64,000 bases of DNA from Alphaproteobacteria bacterium (GCA_965205265.1 CBDBGH010000003.1:960001-1024000), one strand, 5' to 3'; numbered from the stretch's first letter, positions 20,496 to 29,840 are shown. Notes: a model not told the origin generated them from the letters alone. Numbers and translations are program-made.

Positions 20496-20567
20496 AAACA
20501 TGACATATCATGACGCCTGCCGGGTGTGGGCTGTTATGCGTCCTCGCTGCCCATGGCTCCCGCGGCC

Positions 20568-21515
20568 TCAACCGTATTTGGCCGCATAGCCGCCGTCGGC
20601 CTGCGGTTCGACGAAATGGACCAGCAGGCCGCCGCCGAAATTGGATGGGTGGACGAAGCCGATCAGCGAGCCGCGCCCGCCGGGCCGGCCTTCGAGGTCG
20701 ATCATGCGCCAGCCGTCACCGGCAAGCTTCGGCAGCAGCGCGTCGATATCGCGCGTGGCGAAGGCGACATGCGCGAGACCCGGCCCCCGCCGCGCCACGA
20801 ATTTCGCGATCGCGCTCTGGTCGCCCTTGGTATTGCCCTTCTCCTCGCCGAGCCCGTCCCTGGGCTTCAGCGCCGGGTCGTAATCCATCAGCAGTTCGAG
20901 ATCGCAGTCGCCGATGGCGATGAACACGTCGCGCAGCCCGCCCAGAATCTCCGCCGGGCGCGAATGATAGACCGCGCCGTATTTGTCGGAGACGAAGCTC
21001 TCGGTCACGTTGCGAATCTCGACGTCGGTCTGCCTGCTTTCGACGGGACAGCCGAGATTGCCCGAGAAAACGCGCACCGTGGCGTCATTGTCGTCGGTGG
21101 CGACGCCGAGATGGTCGATCTTGTAGGCGGGACCGTCGGCCGAGGGGACGTCCAGCGGCTCGATGAAGCGGGTGCGGATGCCGACGGTCTCCCGCGGATC
21201 GACGACAACGAACCGCCTGCCGTCCGGCCCCGCGCCCTCGGCCGTGACCGTGAGGCCGTGCCGGGCGGCGGTGCCGGCGGGGTCCGGCGCGGCCAGCGCC
21301 ATGTGGTGGACGCCCGGGAATTGCGGCTCTTCCAGATAGGAGTCGTAAGGGTCGAACAGCGCCACCGCCGATCTGCCGACGCCGAAAAACGGAACGGTGC
21401 GGCCGCCCAGCGCCACATCGGTCCGCTCCAGGCCGAGCGAGCCGCCGAGGAACCGGCAGGCGGCTTCCGCGTCGCGGGCCGCCAGCGCCAGGTAGTTGAG
21501 CGCATAACCGGCCAT
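20568..21515 (-). CDS. Two-domain VOC-family protein (methylmalonyl-CoA epimerase-like C-terminal domain)
   Basis: GVHHMAL, IDHLGVA, GPGLAHVAF, GRPGGRGSLIGFVHP. Confidence 0.8.
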   Translation of the reverse strand: MAGYALNYLALAARDAEAACRFLGGSLGLERTDVALGGRTVPFFGVGRSAVALFDPYDSYLEEPQFPGVHHMALAAPDPAGTAARHGLTVTAEGAGPDGRRFVVVDPRETVGIRTRFIEPLDVPSADGPAYKIDHLGVATDDNDATVRVFSGNLGCPVESRQTDVEIRNVTESFVSDKYGAVYHSRPAEILGGLRDVFIAIGDCDLELLMDYDPALKPRDGLGEEKGNTKGDQSAIAKFVARRGPGLAHVAFATRDIDALLPKLAGDGWRMIDLEGRPGGRGSLIGFVHPSNFGGGLLVHFVEPQADGGYAAKYG

Positions 21516-21518
21516 GGG

Positions 21519-22445
21519 TCAGACCTCCTCGCGCTGGACGAAATGCATCAGCACGCCGCCGATCATGGTGGGATGCATGAAGCCGATGAGCGCGCGGCGG
21601 GAGCCCGGCCGGCCGACCGTGTCGATGGTCCGGTGGCCCGCCGCGCGGAGCGTCGCCAGCGACCCGGCCACGTCCGGCGTCTTGAAGGCGATGTGGTGCA
21701 GCCCCGCGCCGCGCGCCGCGATGTAGCGCGCGATGGCGCTGCGGTCGCCGCGCGTGTTGCCGGCCGCGTCGTGCCGCGCCGCATCGGCCTCGACGCCCGT
21801 CGTCAGGTCCTGGATGAACTCCAGCTCCGTGTCGCCGACGGTGATGAAGGTCACCCGCATGCTGCCGACCAGATGCGACGGCCGCGTGTGGAAAATGTAG
21901 TTGTAGGTGTCCGAGGTGAAATTCTCCGAGATCGTCTCGTTTTCGCTGTCGGTCTGCTGGCTCTCATAGACGCAGCCCAGCCCGTCGATGAACGCCTCGC
22001 GCGCCGCCTCGTTATCGGCCGACGCCACGCCCAAATGGTCGATCCGCTCGACCATCGCGGACGAACCGGATCCGGCGCCGAGCGGCGCGGCAAGGCGTGT
22101 GCGCACCCCGGCCGTCGCCTCCGGCGAAAGCGCCACCTGCGGCCCGCCGCCCAGGCCCTCCGAGACGCCGCCCGCCGTCGGGATGCCGGACTCCCGGGCG
22201 GCTGCCTCGGGGTCCGCGGTGGCAATGGCCATATGGTGGACACCCTTCTTCGCATCCGGCCCGAGAAACGGGTCGTCCGGGCGGAAAAGGGCAAGCGCCG
22301 AGCGCCCGACCGAGACCACGGGCACACGGGAGCCGCCGCAGGCGAAGTCCTGCCGCGGCAACTGGAAATCCTTCTCGAAGATCGCCGCGCTGGCCTCCGG
22401 CTCATCGACGGCAAGCGCCACATAGGCAAGGTCGGGAGCGGCCAT
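21519..22445 (-). CDS. Two-domain VOC-family protein, paralog of the adjacent gene
   Basis: GVHHMAI, IDHLGVA, GAGLHHIAF, GRPGSRRALIGFMHP. Confidence 0.8.
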   Translation of the reverse strand: MAAPDLAYVALAVDEPEASAAIFEKDFQLPRQDFACGGSRVPVVSVGRSALALFRPDDPFLGPDAKKGVHHMAIATADPEAAARESGIPTAGGVSEGLGGGPQVALSPEATAGVRTRLAAPLGAGSGSSAMVERIDHLGVASADNEAAREAFIDGLGCVYESQQTDSENETISENFTSDTYNYIFHTRPSHLVGSMRVTFITVGDTELEFIQDLTTGVEADAARHDAAGNTRGDRSAIARYIAARGAGLHHIAFKTPDVAGSLATLRAAGHRTIDTVGRPGSRRALIGFMHPTMIGGVLMHFVQREEV

Positions 22446-22475
22446 GAGTCCTCCGTTCGGCTCTTGAGGCAGGCC

Positions 22476-23252
22476 TCAAACGATCTCCAACTCCACCGTG
22501 CCCAGCGCCTCGTGGGTATAGACGGCGCGGTTGCCGGCTTCCAGGAACTGGGTCGGGACGATGGAACCCGTCATCACAAGTTCGCCGGCGCGCAGCGGGC
22601 GGCCGCGGGCGATGGCGTTGTTGGCCAGCCAGGCGAGCGGCTCGAAGGGATGGCCCATGGCGTCGCCGCCCCGACCCTCGCCCACGGGCTTGCCGTCGAT
22701 CTCCAGGCTGCCGCGCGCGCCCACGAGGTCGAGCGCCTGCCAGTCGGAGACTTCCGCGCCGACCGCCACGCCGCCGTTCCAGGCATTGTCGGCGATCAGC
22801 TCGAAGGCGTTCATGTTGTTGTAGTCGGCCTCGCGGTCGTCGATGAGCTCGAAGGCGGCCGCGACCGCGCCGACATGAGCGGCCACGCTCTCCCGCGTCC
22901 AGGGCCGGCCCGTGTCCGGCAGATCGTCGGCAAGGCGCACCATCGCCTCGCATTCGAGCCCGATGCGCATCAGCGCCGAGCGCGCCAGCGTCGCCGGCGA
23001 GCGGTGGACGCGTTCGGCGAAGATCGCGCCGGCGCAGGGCTGGTCGATGCCGGGCACGACGCGGCGCATGGCGGCGGAGGTGAGCGCCACCTTCCAGCCG
23101 GCCACGGGCAGGCCGAAGCCGGCGACGAGCGCTTCCTGGACACTGTAGGCCTCGTCCTCGGATTTGGGCGCGATGCCGGCGGGCAGGCGCTCAAAACGCC
23201 GGCCCTCGCGGTGCGCGGCAAGCAGGAAGTCCGCTGCTGCCTGGACGCTCAC
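22476..23252 (-). CDS. 2-keto-4-pentenoate hydratase-like protein (FAH superfamily)
   Basis: GTG overlaps upstream stop; AYSVQ, GWKVALTS, ECE, IADNA, GHPF..LAWLAN, VMTGS. Confidence 0.85.
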   Translation of the reverse strand: MSVQAAADFLLAAHREGRRFERLPAGIAPKSEDEAYSVQEALVAGFGLPVAGWKVALTSAAMRRVVPGIDQPCAGAIFAERVHRSPATLARSALMRIGLECEAMVRLADDLPDTGRPWTRESVAAHVGAVAAAFELIDDREADYNNMNAFELIADNAWNGGVAVGAEVSDWQALDLVGARGSLEIDGKPVGEGRGGDAMGHPFEPLAWLANNAIARGRPLRAGELVMTGSIVPTQFLEAGNRAVYTHEALGTVELEIV

Positions 23253-23650
23253 ACGCCCATCTCCTCGAACACTTTCGAGGCCTCGCGGAACGCCTCGACC
23301 GCAGCCGGGACGCCGGCATAGATGCCGACCTGCAGGAACACCTCGGCGATTTCCTCCTTGGTGACGCCGTTGTTGAGGGCGCCGCGCGTGTGCAGGCGGA
23401 GCTCGTGGGTGCGCCCGAGGGCGGCCAGCATGGTCAGGTTCATGATGCTGCGGGTCTTGTCCGGCAGGCCGTCGCGGCACCACACCGTGCCCCAGCAATA
23501 TTCGGTGACGAATTGCTGGAGCTGGTGGGCGAAATCGTCCTCCGCGCCCCTGGCGATGGAAGGGCCGACATACTCCTCGCCGAGCACCCGGCGGCGGGCT
23601 TCCAGGCCCTGCTCGAAGCCGGGCGTGCGGTTGTAGCTGCTGAGGTCCAT
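23249..23650 (-). CDS. Carboxymuconolactone decarboxylase-family protein
   Basis: RRRVLGEEYV, EYCWGTVWCR, ELRLHTRGALNNG, IYAGVPA. Confidence 0.88.
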   Translation of the reverse strand: MDLSSYNRTPGFEQGLEARRRVLGEEYVGPSIARGAEDDFAHQLQQFVTEYCWGTVWCRDGLPDKTRSIMNLTMLAALGRTHELRLHTRGALNNGVTKEEIAEVFLQVGIYAGVPAAVEAFREASKVFEEMGV

Positions 23651-23950
23651 GGTCCTGTTCGCTCCGTTTCGGTCCCCCGCAGCAAAGCCCATTCCCGCCC
23701 TGCGCTCAAGCGGGGTTCGAGACACGGCAACCGAATTCAAGCGCGGCTTTCGAGCATGGTGGAAGGAAAGGAAACATCCACAAACGCTGTCACCCCCGTC
23801 TGTTCCCGTCCCCGAGCAGGGAAGGCGGGCCCGGCCCCGGTTCTCGCGGCAGCCCCGGACCGCCAGGACAGGCCCCGGCGGTCCGGCCCGCTCTCCACCG
23901 GCTGCGGCGGCATCGAAGGCCAGAGCGGCGATTCGAGTCCGAACCGGAAA

Positions 23951-24480
23951 TATGTATCTATTGGAATAGGTTCCGATAAAATTCAGAATATTCGGGCTAT
24001 ATTTCTCTTATAGTAATTGCATTTTCAGAAAATGTGGTATGATGATCCGAAGGAAGAGGCATCAGCGGACCGCTTCCTGCCCGCGCCGGCCCGGCGTGGA
24101 CCGACCCCGATTCAGCCGACGGGCGAGGTGAGCCCTGCATCCGTCTCGCGCGCAATCAGGTGCGCGAACCGCGCCGGCGCGAAACGCCCGCCCGCCCGCG
24201 CACGGGCGCGCACGCGATACGCGCGAAACAGGGTCCTGCCGTTCCGGGACGCCCGGGGGGGGGGGTGGCGCCAACGCCGCCATCCGGAATGTTCGCTGCG
24301 TTCGGCACGGTGGCGGGAAAAACGGAACAATGACGGATCGAAAGGAAGGGCCATGTCGAAGAGACGGAGCCGGGGGAACCCGGATGCGATACCCGGAACT
24401 CGAGCCCGAAGCGACGGCGTCATGCCTGGAAGGACCACAGGATATGCATCGTAAACATGCAGATCATGACATTTCATGAC
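23951..24480 (+). repeat. Composite intergenic element, copy B
   Basis: AT-rich island; TTGCAT-N15-TATGAT (24017-24043); core 24118-24236; RBS and 33-aa ORF 24353-24454; tail 24413-24480. Confidence 0.75.
24118..24236 (+). ncRNA. Putative structured motif, copy B
   Basis: CCCTG..GTCTCGCGCG / CGCGCGAAACAGGG outer stem; GGTGCG-CGAAC-CGCGCC hairpin retained through a G-U pair. Confidence 0.5.
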
Positions 24481-24547
24481 GTATCGCCGGGGTGCGGCTC
24501 ATAACATGCCGCTCGGGTCCTCCTCCCGACCGGTGCGAAGCGCGCGG

Positions 24548-25657
24548 TCAGGAGAGTACGGAGATCGTCTTCGCCCGGATGAGGTCGAAGTCGATGGCGG
24601 CGCCGAGGCCGGGCGTTTCGGGCGCGTGGACCCGCCCGTCGCCGTCCACGACGATTTCCTCCGCGAGGCCGTAGCGGTGGGCGCCGTCGGGCATCAGCAC
24701 CTCGAACATCTCCGTGTTCGGGATCGAGCAGATGAGATGCAGGTTCGCCATGTTGTTGAGCGAATTGCCGCCGTGATGGACCTCGTAGGACATGTGGAAG
24801 GCCTCGGCGAGATGGGCGGTCTTGAGGCAGGCGGTGAGCCCGCCCTTCACCGCCACGTCGCCGCGCAGATAGTCGGTGGCCTGCAGCAGCAGCCAGGGCG
24901 CATAGGCCTGGAAGCCGCCGGGACTGTATTCCGTCGCGAGGATCGGGATGTCGAGCTTCTGGCGCAGCTTGATGTAGTTGGTGATGTCGTCGTCGGCGAG
25001 CGGGTCCTCGTACCAGTAGAAGCCGAGCCGCTCCGCCGCCCGGCCGACGCGCATCGCCGCCGGGTAGTCGTAGGACCAGGTGCTGTCCAGCATGATGCGG
25101 TAACCGTCGCCGACCGCCTTGCGCACGGCTTCGCAGACGCGGATATCCTCGTCCGGGTCGGTCGGCGGGTGGATCTTGTAGGCCTTCCAGTTCGCGTCGC
25201 GGAAGGAGACCGCCTCCTCGGCATAGGCTTCGGGCGAGGCGAGCACGGCGGAGCTGGCATAGGCGGGCGCGCTCGTCCTAACCGTGCCCATCAGCCGGTG
25301 GATCGGCAGGCCCGCCGCCTTGCCGGCGATGTCCCAGAGCGCGATATCGACCGCGCCGATCGCCCGCCAGGTGGTGTTACGGTTGCGTGCTGTCAGCCCA
25401 AGGTAAAGCCTCTCGCGGTCGAGCGGGTTCTCGCCCATCACCTGCGGCTTGAGGAAGCGGATGAGCGAATCGGCGTCGCTCGCCGCGCCCCGGCTGGCCG
25501 AGCCAAGAAACGCGTGGCCCTCGATCCCGTCATCCGTGCGGAGCGTCAGCAGGCCGAGTTCGCTCCGGCCCTGGAAGGTCCCCGTATGGCTGCCATAGGT
25601 TGTCGCCGGGATGTCGTCCCAGGCGAACAGGGTGAGTGTCACATCGTCGATCTTCAT
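24548..25657 (-). CDS. Mandelate racemase/muconate lactonizing (enolase superfamily) enzyme
   Basis: AVDIALWDIAGK, YKIH, IMLDS, WYEDP, ATE, EVHHG. Confidence 0.88.
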   Translation of the reverse strand: MKIDDVTLTLFAWDDIPATTYGSHTGTFQGRSELGLLTLRTDDGIEGHAFLGSASRGAASDADSLIRFLKPQVMGENPLDRERLYLGLTARNRNTTWRAIGAVDIALWDIAGKAAGLPIHRLMGTVRTSAPAYASSAVLASPEAYAEEAVSFRDANWKAYKIHPPTDPDEDIRVCEAVRKAVGDGYRIMLDSTWSYDYPAAMRVGRAAERLGFYWYEDPLADDDITNYIKLRQKLDIPILATEYSPGGFQAYAPWLLLQATDYLRGDVAVKGGLTACLKTAHLAEAFHMSYEVHHGGNSLNNMANLHLICSIPNTEMFEVLMPDGAHRYGLAEEIVVDGDGRVHAPETPGLGAAIDFDLIRAKTISVLS

Positions 25658-25680
25658 GGGGCGCCGCGCCCTCCTGCCAT

Positions 25681-25709
25681 CTTGAACCGCGGCGCGAAGC
25701 GTCTCATAT
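25681..25709 (+). promoter_or_regulatory. RpoH (sigma32)-type heat-shock promoter of htpG
   Basis: CTTGAA-N16-CTCATAT about 40 bp upstream of the htpG ATG; matches the alphaproteobacterial RpoH consensus. Confidence 0.7.
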
Positions 25710-25746
25710 GCCGGGCCGGGACGGAACAGGCGGAAGGACACACGCG

Positions 25747-27600
25747 ATGAGCGAAGAGCGCCAGGCGTTTCAGGCGGAGGTCGGACGCATTCTCGATCTC
25801 ATGGTGCACTCGGTCTATTCGGACAAGGAAATCTTCCTGCGCGAGCTGATCTCGAATGCGGCGGACGCCTGCGACCGGCTGCGCTACCGCGCCATCGCCG
25901 AGCCGGAATTGCTGGACGGGGACGCCGAATTCCGCATCCGCATCGAGGTGGACAAGGAGGCGCGCACCATCGCCGTCGCCGACAATGGCGAAGGCATGGG
26001 CCGGGAGGAGCTGGCGGAAAATCTCGGCACTATCGCGCGCTCGGGCACCGCGGCTTTCGCCGACAGGCTGACCGGCGACGCCAAGAACGACGTGGCGCTG
26101 ATCGGCCAGTTCGGCGTCGGCTTCTATTCCGCCTTCATGGTGGCGGAGCGGGTGCAGGTGGTCTCGCGCGCCGCCGGGGCGGAAGAGGCGTTCGCCTGGG
26201 AGTCGGACGGGCGGGGCGAATTCACCGTCTCGGAGGCGGAATGGGACGCGCGCGGCACCGAGGTCCGGTTGCATCTGAGGGAGGGCGAGGACGAGTTCCT
26301 GGAGCCGGCCCGGCTCCGGTCTGTGGTCAAGACCTATTCGGATCACATCGCCATCCCGGTGGAGATGGACGGCGAGACCGTCAACGAAGCCTCCGCCCTC
26401 TGGACCCGGCCGCGGAACGAGATCGAGCCGGAGCAATATGCCGAGTTCTACCGCCATGTCGGCCATACCTTCGACGAACCGTGGCTCACCTTGCATTTCC
26501 GCGCCGAGGGCGTGATCGAATATGCGGGCCTCCTGTTCGTGCCGACATCGCGACCGTTCAACCTCTTCCACCCGGACCGCAAATCCGCGCTCAAGCTCTA
26601 TGTGAAGCGCGTCTTCATCACGGACGACGCGCCGGAGCTGGTCCCGGGCTGGCTGCGCTTCCTGCGCGGCGTCGTGGACAGCGAGGACCTGCCGCTCAAC
26701 CTCTCGCGCGAGATGCTGCAACGGAACCCCGTGCTCCGGCGCATCCGCGACGGGCTGGTGCGCCGGGTGCTGGGCGAACTCAAGACGAAGGCTGAGGCGG
26801 ACGAAAAAGGCTACGAGACCTTCTGGGACGCCTTCGGGCCTGTGCTCAAGGAAGGGCTCTACGAGGACGCCGGCCAACGCGAGGCGCTGCTGGAGCTGGC
26901 GCGCTTCCGCTCGACCGCTTCGGAGGGCTGGACGACGCTCGCCGGCTATGCCGAGCGGATGCGCGAGGGCCAGGAGGCGATCTACTACATCGCCGGCGAG
27001 GAGGGCGCTGGGCTTGCCGGCAGCCCGCATCTGGAGGGCTTCCGCGCCCGCAAGGTCGAGGTGCTGCTGCTGCAGGACCCGGTGGACGATTTCTGGGTGC
27101 CGGCCGTCGGCGAGTATGAGGGCCGGCCCTTCGTCTCGGTTTCGCGCGGCGGCATCGACCTCGGCGCCATTCCGCCCGCTGAGGACGGGGCGCCGAAGGA
27201 GGAGGACGGGCCGGCGGCCGATATCGCTTCGCTGGTCGCGCTGCTCAAGGTCACGCTGGGCGAGGCGGTCAAGGACGTGCGCGGCTCGGAGGCGCTCACT
27301 GAAAGCGCGGTGCGCCTGGTGGCGGACGAGGGCGACATGGACCTGCATCTGGAGCGGATGCTGCGCCGTCACGGCCAGATCGACGGCGCGGCGTCGCGCC
27401 GCGTGCTGGAGCTCAATCCCCGACACCGGCTCGTGCAGGGCCTTGCGCGTTCCATGGCGGCCGGGGAGGACCGGGCCGCGCAGCTCGCGCCGCTGCTGCT
27501 GGACCAGGCGCGCATTGCCGAGGGTGAGGCGCCGGAAGACCCCGCCGCCTTCGCCCGCCGCCTCGCCGACGCGCTCGCGGACAGCCTGCCCGGCGAGTGA
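25747..27600 (+). CDS. htpG: Chaperone HtpG (Hsp90)
   Basis: FQAEV, YSDKEIFLRELISNA, IGQFGVGFYS, DSEDLPLNLSRE. Confidence 0.97.
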   Translation: MSEERQAFQAEVGRILDLMVHSVYSDKEIFLRELISNAADACDRLRYRAIAEPELLDGDAEFRIRIEVDKEARTIAVADNGEGMGREELAENLGTIARSGTAAFADRLTGDAKNDVALIGQFGVGFYSAFMVAERVQVVSRAAGAEEAFAWESDGRGEFTVSEAEWDARGTEVRLHLREGEDEFLEPARLRSVVKTYSDHIAIPVEMDGETVNEASALWTRPRNEIEPEQYAEFYRHVGHTFDEPWLTLHFRAEGVIEYAGLLFVPTSRPFNLFHPDRKSALKLYVKRVFITDDAPELVPGWLRFLRGVVDSEDLPLNLSREMLQRNPVLRRIRDGLVRRVLGELKTKAEADEKGYETFWDAFGPVLKEGLYEDAGQREALLELARFRSTASEGWTTLAGYAERMREGQEAIYYIAGEEGAGLAGSPHLEGFRARKVEVLLLQDPVDDFWVPAVGEYEGRPFVSVSRGGIDLGAIPPAEDGAPKEEDGPAADIASLVALLKVTLGEAVKDVRGSEALTESAVRLVADEGDMDLHLERMLRRHGQIDGAASRRVLELNPRHRLVQGLARSMAAGEDRAAQLAPLLLDQARIAEGEAPEDPAAFARRLADALADSLPGE

Positions 27601-27606
27601 CGGGAT

Positions 27607-28344
27607 TCAATACCGGACGCGCGTCAGGCAAAGGCCGTGCGGCGGGGCGGTCGGGCCTGCCGCGGGGCGCGAGGCGGCTTCGAGCGCTGCGGATACATCC
27701 TCGGGCGTGCGCTTGCCGATGCCGACCTCGCGCAAGGTTCCGGCAATGATGCGCATCTGGTGGTGCAGGAAGGAGCGCGCTTCGGCATGGAGCACGACCT
27801 CCTCGCCCTCGCGGCGGACATCGAGCCGGTCGAGCGTGCGCAGCGGCGAGTTGGCCTGGCATTCGGAGGACCGGAAGCTGCTGAAATCATGCCGGCCGAG
27901 CAGGCGTTTGGCGGCCTCGTCCATCGCCCCGGCGTCGAGCGGCGTGCCGACATGCCAGACCCGGCCCCGGTCCAGCGCCGGCGGCGCGCGACGGTTCAGG
28001 ATGCGGTAGCGGTAGGCGCGGCCGATGGCTGAGAACCGCGCATGGAAGTCGGGCGCGGCCTCCTCGGCGCCGAGCACGGAGACAGGCAGCGGACCCAGAT
28101 GGTGGTTGACCGCGTCGCGCAGCACGTTTGGCGGCCTTGCGCCCTCGAGGTCGAGATGCGCGACTTGTCCCTCGGCATGGACGCCGGCATCGGTGCGGCC
28201 CGCGCCCTGGATCCGCGCCCGTTCACCGCAGAAGCGGAAGACCGCTTCCTCCAGCGCCGACTGCACCGAGGGGCCGTTCGCCTGGGCCTGCCAGCCGACG
28301 AACGGTCCGCCGTCATATTCGACAAGGATGCGGTATCGCGGCAT
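27607..28344 (-). CDS. truA: tRNA pseudouridine(38-40) synthase
   Basis: EYDG..F.GWQ, AGRTDAGVHA, FHARFSA, SFLHHQMR, TAPPHGL. Confidence 0.96.
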   Translation of the reverse strand: MPRYRILVEYDGGPFVGWQAQANGPSVQSALEEAVFRFCGERARIQGAGRTDAGVHAEGQVAHLDLEGARPPNVLRDAVNHHLGPLPVSVLGAEEAAPDFHARFSAIGRAYRYRILNRRAPPALDRGRVWHVGTPLDAGAMDEAAKRLLGRHDFSSFRSSECQANSPLRTLDRLDVRREGEEVVLHAEARSFLHHQMRIIAGTLREVGIGKRTPEDVSAALEAASRPAAGPTAPPHGLCLTRVRY

Positions 28345-29257
28345 CGAGCAGGTCCGTTCCCGCCGGCAGGGGGAAGCCGCGCAGGAAGGCGGCGGCCTCC
28401 ATGGCCGAGCGCCCCGGCCGTTGCAGGCGAAGCAGGCGCAATACCCCTTCGCCGCAGGCCACGGCGGCGCCGTCGTCCAGCACGCGGCCGGGCGGTCCGC
28501 CGCCGGCTTCGACAACCGCTGCTTCGACCCCGATGCTTTCGCTCCGGTAGGCGAAACGGGCGCCCGGCCGCGGCGCGAAGGCGCGCACCCGCCGCTCCAG
28601 CTCGGCCGCCGGGCGGGTCCAGTCGAGCCGGCTGTCCTCCCGCGTGAGCTTCGGTGCCCGGGTTGCGCCATCCTCCGGCTGTGCCACTGGCTTCATCGTT
28701 CCTTCGGCCAGTCCGGCCAGCGCCTCCACCACCGCTTCGGCGGCGATCTGCGCCAGCCGGTCGTGCAACGCTCCGCCGGTCGTTTCCGGCCCGATGGGCG
28801 TGCGCCGCACAAGAAGCACGGGGCCGGTGTCGAGGCCTTCATCCATCGCCATCACCGAGATGCCGGTCTCTCGGTCGCCGGCGAGGATTGCATGCTGGAT
28901 CGGCGCTGCGCCCCGCCAGCGCGGCAGCAGCGAGGCATGAAGGTTCAGGCAGCCGAATCGCGGCGCGGCCAGAATTGCCGGCGGGAGCAACAGCCCATAG
29001 GCGGCGGTAACGGCGGCGTCGAGGCGGAGCGCCTCGAAATCCCGCTGGAGCGCAGGATCGCGAAGGCTTGCGGGCGTCGCTACCGGGATACCGCGCGCCT
29101 CGGCGAAGGCCTGCACCGGGGAAGGCCTGAGCCGTTGCCCGCGGCCGGCGGGGCGCGGCGGCTGTGCAAAGGCGCGCACGACCTCATGGCCTGCATCCAG
29201 CAATGCTTCAAGCGCAGGCAGGGCGAATTCCGGTGTGCCCAGGAAGGCCAGGCGCAT
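28313..29257 (-). CDS. fmt: Methionyl-tRNA formyltransferase
   Basis: FLGTPEFA, QPPRPAGRG, NLHASLLPRWRGAAPI, MDEGLDTG. Confidence 0.96.
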   Translation of the reverse strand: MRLAFLGTPEFALPALEALLDAGHEVVRAFAQPPRPAGRGQRLRPSPVQAFAEARGIPVATPASLRDPALQRDFEALRLDAAVTAAYGLLLPPAILAAPRFGCLNLHASLLPRWRGAAPIQHAILAGDRETGISVMAMDEGLDTGPVLLVRRTPIGPETTGGALHDRLAQIAAEAVVEALAGLAEGTMKPVAQPEDGATRAPKLTREDSRLDWTRPAAELERRVRAFAPRPGARFAYRSESIGVEAAVVEAGGGPPGRVLDDGAAVACGEGVLRLLRLQRPGRSAMEAAAFLRGFPLPAGTDLLDAAIPHPCRI

Positions 29258-29263
29258 GCGCCG

Positions 29264-29779
29264 TCAGTCCTTCTTGCGGCGCTTCGACTTGTCCAGCCGC
29301 CGCAGGATCATGCCGCGCTTGACCGCCGACAGGTGGTCCACATGCAACACGCCGTTCAGATGGTCGATCTCGTGCTGGAGGCAGCGGGCGCGCAGGCCCT
29401 CGGCCTCGATCTCCTGCGGTTCGCCGTTCTCGTCGAGATAGGCGATGCGCACCGCTTCCGGCCGCTCCACATCCACATAGACCTCGGGCAGGGAGAGACA
29501 GCCTTCGTTGCCGATGACGAGTTCCTCCGAGCGCCAGACAACTTCCGGATCGACCAGCTTGAGCGGGGCCGGCTCTTCCTCGTCGCGGGCGCAGTCGATC
29601 ACCACCAGGCGCTTCAGCACGCCGACCTGCGGCGCCGCCAGCCCGATGCCGGGCGCGGCATACATGGTCTCCAGCATGTCGTCGAGCAGGCGCCGGGCGG
29701 CGTCGTCCACCTCGCCCACTGGGGCGCATTTGGTCCGCAGCCGCCGGTCGGGCGCGATCAGGATGTCGAGCGTGGCCAT
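29264..29779 (-). CDS. def: Peptide deformylase
   Basis: GIGLAAPQ, EGCLS, QHEIDHL. Confidence 0.97.
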   Translation of the reverse strand: MATLDILIAPDRRLRTKCAPVGEVDDAARRLLDDMLETMYAAPGIGLAAPQVGVLKRLVVIDCARDEEEPAPLKLVDPEVVWRSEELVIGNEGCLSLPEVYVDVERPEAVRIAYLDENGEPQEIEAEGLRARCLQHEIDHLNGVLHVDHLSAVKRGMILRRLDKSKRRKKD

Positions 29780-29840
29780 GTCCGCAGGTCGTCGATTTCG
29801 GGCCGCCTTATGCCACGGCGCGCCGCCTCCCGGAAGCCCG

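Larger units (their letters stand above)
19201..20514 (+). repeat. Composite intergenic element, copy A (promoter, structured core, cargo ORF, 68-bp tail; interrupted by a MITE)
   Basis: Modules align with copies at 23951-24480 and 39194-39640. Confidence 0.75.

Noticed and set aside
23810-23833. 24-bp similarity to 40196-40219 (CTGTTCCCG.CCCCG.GC.GGGA)
   Set aside because: Short, GC-rich and in the opposite orientation relative to the neighbouring cassettes; cannot be distinguished from chance here.
23700-23945. GGTTCGAGA and TTCGAGTCC as tRNA T-loops or an att site
   Set aside because: No T-stem, acceptor stem or cloverleaf can be built; only an isolated 10-bp hairpin at 23855-23886.
23970-23984. 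GTTC-N7-ATTC as an alphaproteobacterial LexA box in copy B
   Set aside because: One mismatch and not conserved in copies A and C.
24353-24454. Small ORFs of copies B and C as type I toxins
   Set aside because: Hydrophilic, no TM helix, and not similar to each other; coding status unsupported beyond an RBS.
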